Source: Thermotogota bacterium (lineage in GTDB: Bacteria; Thermotogota; Thermotogae; Petrotogales; Petrotogaceae). From it: a stretch of DNA of 29,194 nucleotides. The stretch is taken from NCBI GenBank assembly GCA_051748045.1, contig JBNJGY010000013.1, positions 9,346 to 38,539 of the forward strand, written 5' to 3'. Below, one piece after another: positions 26,436 through 29,194 of this stretch (position 1 is the stretch's first letter; the number at the start of each line of letters is the position of its first letter). Below the pieces are notes generated by a model. That model had not been told where the DNA came from. It ran no database searches and saw only the letters and a list, made by a program, of their open reading frames with translations. A program made the translations under genes and the position numbers.

Positions 26436-27937
26436 GAGTCTCCTTTATTTTTTATTGCATGTTCAGTAAACGTTTTAAACAATTTTTCTGCATTTTGATC
26501 ATATCTTTCTTTATTTTCCCAAGTATTTCTTGGATTAAGAATTTCTGTCGGAACACCTTCACAGCTTTTTGGAATTAATAAATCTAAATGCTCGAATTTT
26601 TCAAAATCATTTAATTCATTATTTATTGCTGCCTCTACTAATCTTTTTGTATATCTAAGTTTAATTCTATTACCTTCCCCATAAGGCCCTTCTATCCAAC
26701 CTGTATTTACTAAATATACGTTTGCATTGTATTTAATTACTTTTTCAACTAACATTTTCGCATAGACTTCTGGGACTAAAGGTAAAAAAGGTTTTCCAAA
26801 TCCTTCTGAAAATGTTGCTACAGGATTTTTTATACCTCTTTCTGTACCAGCAAGTTTTGCGGTATATCCCAACATGAAATATTTAAAAATTTGATATGGT
26901 TCTAATTTAGATATTGGTGGAAGTACACCAAAAGCATCTGCAGACAAAAAGAATATATTATTTGGATGGCTTGCAGTCCCATCTTTTTTTATTATATCTT
27001 CAAAATAATCTAGCGGTATAGAAGCTCTTGTATTTTCAGTTATTGAACTATTTGAGTAATCAGGTACTCTATTCTCATCATAAACAACATTCTCCATAAA
27101 AACACCAAATCCTAACGAATCATATATTTCAGGACTATCTTCTCTATTGATATCTATTACTTTAGCATAAGAACCACCCTCAATATTAAAAATTCCATCT
27201 TCATACCAAGCATGTTCATCATCCCCAACCATTAGTCTATTCTTATCTATTGATAAAGTTGTTTTACCAGTTCCAGACAATCCAAAGAATAATGCTGGAT
27301 TTTCTCCTTGCAAATCAGTATTGGCAGAACAATGCATTGATAATATTCCGTGTAAAGGTAAATGATAGTTCATAAAAGAAAAAATACTTTTCTTTATTTC
27401 TCCTGAATATTTTGTTTTTCCAATTATGATCTCATTTTCTGAAAAATCTAATACTATAAACGCTTCTGAATTCGTCTTATGAAATTTTGGATCAGCTGAA
27501 AAATCTGGTGAGGCTTTTATAATTAAATCTGGTTTTTCAAAATTTTCTTCTGTGTTGATAACAAGATTTTTAAATGTCAATGCTTGTATTGGTGATGTGG
27601 TTTTTAGTTGAACCTTAACTCTATAATTTTTTGATGCTCCAGCATATCCATTTAAAATATATAATTCTTCTGAATTATTAATATGTTCATTCAGGTCTTT
27701 TCTAAGCCTTAAAAAATTCAACTTAGAGAAAGGTTGGTTAGTAAAACTCCAGTTAATTCTTTCTTTAGTGAAATCATCAACTACAATAAATTTATCTTTT
27801 GGTGAACGTCCTGTGTAAGGTTCTGTATTGATACCAATCGTTCCATTAGATAGTAGCACAGCTTGTTTTGAGGTTACTGCTTTTTCAATTAAAAAAACCC
27901 TTGAAGGATTTACATGGGTTACAGCTGTCTTCAACAT
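26432..27937 (-). CDS. pckA: Phosphoenolpyruvate carboxykinase (ATP)
   Basis: TGRSPKDK, GEIKKSIF, MHCSAN, GLSGTGKTTLS, GDDEH, ENTR, YLVNTGW; ATG 27937 after GGGGGG. Confidence 0.96.
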   Translation of the reverse strand: MLKTAVTHVNPSRVFLIEKAVTSKQAVLLSNGTIGINTEPYTGRSPKDKFIVVDDFTKERINWSFTNQPFSKLNFLRLRKDLNEHINNSEELYILNGYAGASKNYRVKVQLKTTSPIQALTFKNLVINTEENFEKPDLIIKASPDFSADPKFHKTNSEAFIVLDFSENEIIIGKTKYSGEIKKSIFSFMNYHLPLHGILSMHCSANTDLQGENPALFFGLSGTGKTTLSIDKNRLMVGDDEHAWYEDGIFNIEGGSYAKVIDINREDSPEIYDSLGFGVFMENVVYDENRVPDYSNSSITENTRASIPLDYFEDIIKKDGTASHPNNIFFLSADAFGVLPPISKLEPYQIFKYFMLGYTAKLAGTERGIKNPVATFSEGFGKPFLPLVPEVYAKMLVEKVIKYNANVYLVNTGWIEGPYGEGNRIKLRYTKRLVEAAINNELNDFEKFEHLDLLIPKSCEGVPTEILNPRNTWENKERYDQNAEKLFKTFTEHAIKNKGDS

Positions 27938-28122
27938 TTTTAATCCCCCCAATAAAATAGTATTTTCGATTATTACTATGAAAATTCTTTCTCACATAAA
28001 TATTAAAACACTTTTACTAAAATTTTCTAAACTGACAAACTGTAATAATAAAGAGATATATTATATTAATCAAAATTATTTGTTCATAAGTGATTTTATT
28101 CAAGTACTTTTGTGAAAAATAA

Positions 28123-28151
28123 AAAGAGCCTCTTTAAAAAAGAGGCTCTTT
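28123..28151 (-). terminator. Intrinsic terminator downstream of MCP
   Basis: aaagagcctcttt-aaa-aaagaggctcttt. Confidence 0.8.
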
Positions 28152-28176
28152 CGTAATATTTGGTTAAAATCTCTTA

Positions 28177-29193
28177 TTAAATTTTAAATTTATTTACTTG
28201 TTCAGACAAGTTTTCTGAAAGAGCAGATAATTCTTCTGAATTAGCACTTGTTTGTTGTGCACCTTCTGCTTGATTATTTATAGATTCAGTTGCTTGAGTT
28301 ATTTGATCACTGATATCCGAAACTGTTTTTGCAACTCTATCCATCGCAGCACTCATTTCTTCTGCAGAAGCGCTTTGCTCTTGTGATGTTGCTGTCATAT
28401 TTTCTATTCCACCGTTTATTTCATTAATCTGTTTTAATATTGTTTCAAATTCATTTGATATTTCATCCATTTCTTTATCTATTTCATTTATAAATGTAAC
28501 CGTATCTGCAGATGAAGCTGAAACATCTTGTGTGCTTTTTTTGATTTCTTGTAGTATTTTCGCTATTTCCTCTGTAGCTCCACCACTTTCTTCTGCTAAT
28601 TTTCTTATTTCATCCGCTACAACAGCAAACCCTTTTCCAGCTTCTCCAGCTCTTGCTGCCTCAATGGCTGCATTAAGCGCTAAAAGATTTGTTTGTTCTG
28701 TTATAGAATTTATTGTTTGTACAATTTGGCCTACATTTTCTGCCTTTTTCGCCAGTGTCTCTACTTGTTTTTCTGTTGCTTTTGTTTTTTTATTTGCATC
28801 AGTTATTTTAGCGTTCATATTTCTTATTTTTGTTGCACCACTATTTGCAGCATCATTTGTGCTTTCTGCAGAATGTGATAAACTTTGTGCGGCTTTAGAT
28901 AAGGATTGTGCACTTGCAGCAACTTCTTCTACACCACTTGTTACTTCTTGTACTGATGCTGATGCGTCTTCTGCATTTCTTTCTATAGTTTCAACTTGTG
29001 AATTCAATTCTTCAGATGTTGCTGATGATTCTTCTGCTACACTTGCTAAGTCCTGGCTAGAATTTTTCATTTCAGTTGATGATTCTTTTATATTTGTAAT
29101 TATTTTATTTAATTGATTGATAAGTTTGTCAAAGCTTTTAGCTAGGATACCGACTTCATCATTTTTGCTTAATAATTTTTCATCAACTTTTTG
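28177..29193 (-). CDS. Methyl-accepting chemotaxis protein (5' part outside window)
   Basis: [35 protein letters not shown]; frame stays open to the window edge with HAMP-like [14 protein letters not shown]. Confidence 0.95.
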   Translation of the reverse strand, partial: QKVDEKLLSKNDEVGILAKSFDKLINQLNKIITNIKESSTEMKNSSQDLASVAEESSATSEELNSQVETIERNAEDASASVQEVTSGVEEVAASAQSLSKAAQSLSHSAESTNDAANSGATKIRNMNAKITDANKKTKATEKQVETLAKKAENVGQIVQTINSITEQTNLLALNAAIEAARAGEAGKGFAVVADEIRKLAEESGGATEEIAKILQEIKKSTQDVSASSADTVTFINEIDKEMDEISNEFETILKQINEINGGIENMTATSQEQSASAEEMSAAMDRVAKTVSDISDQITQATESINNQAEGAQQTSANSEELSALSENLSEQVNKFKI

Positions 29194-29194
29194 A

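Noticed and set aside
1211-28115. Other short antisense ORFs (1211, 2856, 4252, 5691, 8960, 10078, 11105, 15584, 18599, 18947, 22028, 23232, 24473, 24791, 25819, 27828)
   Set aside because: They overlap well-supported genes on the opposite strand, with no recognisable motif
28532-29116. 194-aa and 61-aa + strand ORFs
   Set aside because: Antisense shadows of the conserved MCP signalling domain

Overview
Very AT-rich bacterial chromosomal window, probably Thermotogota/Petrotogales (inferred from an MggS-like glycosyltransferase and gene content). In order, it holds: a GNAT, a Ca2+/Na+ antiporter and a SAM methyltransferase; a putative metal (copper)-response cluster (two tiny Cys-rich proteins, an OmpR-family regulator and kinase, Met/His-rich SHOCT and secreted proteins, CsoR-like GC tracts); a Ste24-type M48 protease; a ~200-nt nested palindrome; an unannotated three-gene micropeptide operon; an MFS transporter; a glucosylglycerate uptake/catabolism operon (ABC, RpiR, GH13_18 phosphorylase, glycerate kinase) divergent from mggS; a PAS hybrid kinase; a CorC/HlyC protein; a C45 hydrolase plus GNAT; a propeller-GGDEF protein with a variant active site; pckA; and a partial MCP. 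The most novel-looking item is the minus-strand micropeptide operon at 7289-7678, which the ORF track misses. It includes two paralogous 32/33-aa peptides sharing SAKDxxFD-x7-ELxRRF-stop and lies between a membrane protease and an MFS transporter. No CRISPR, rRNA, tRNA or transposase was seen.
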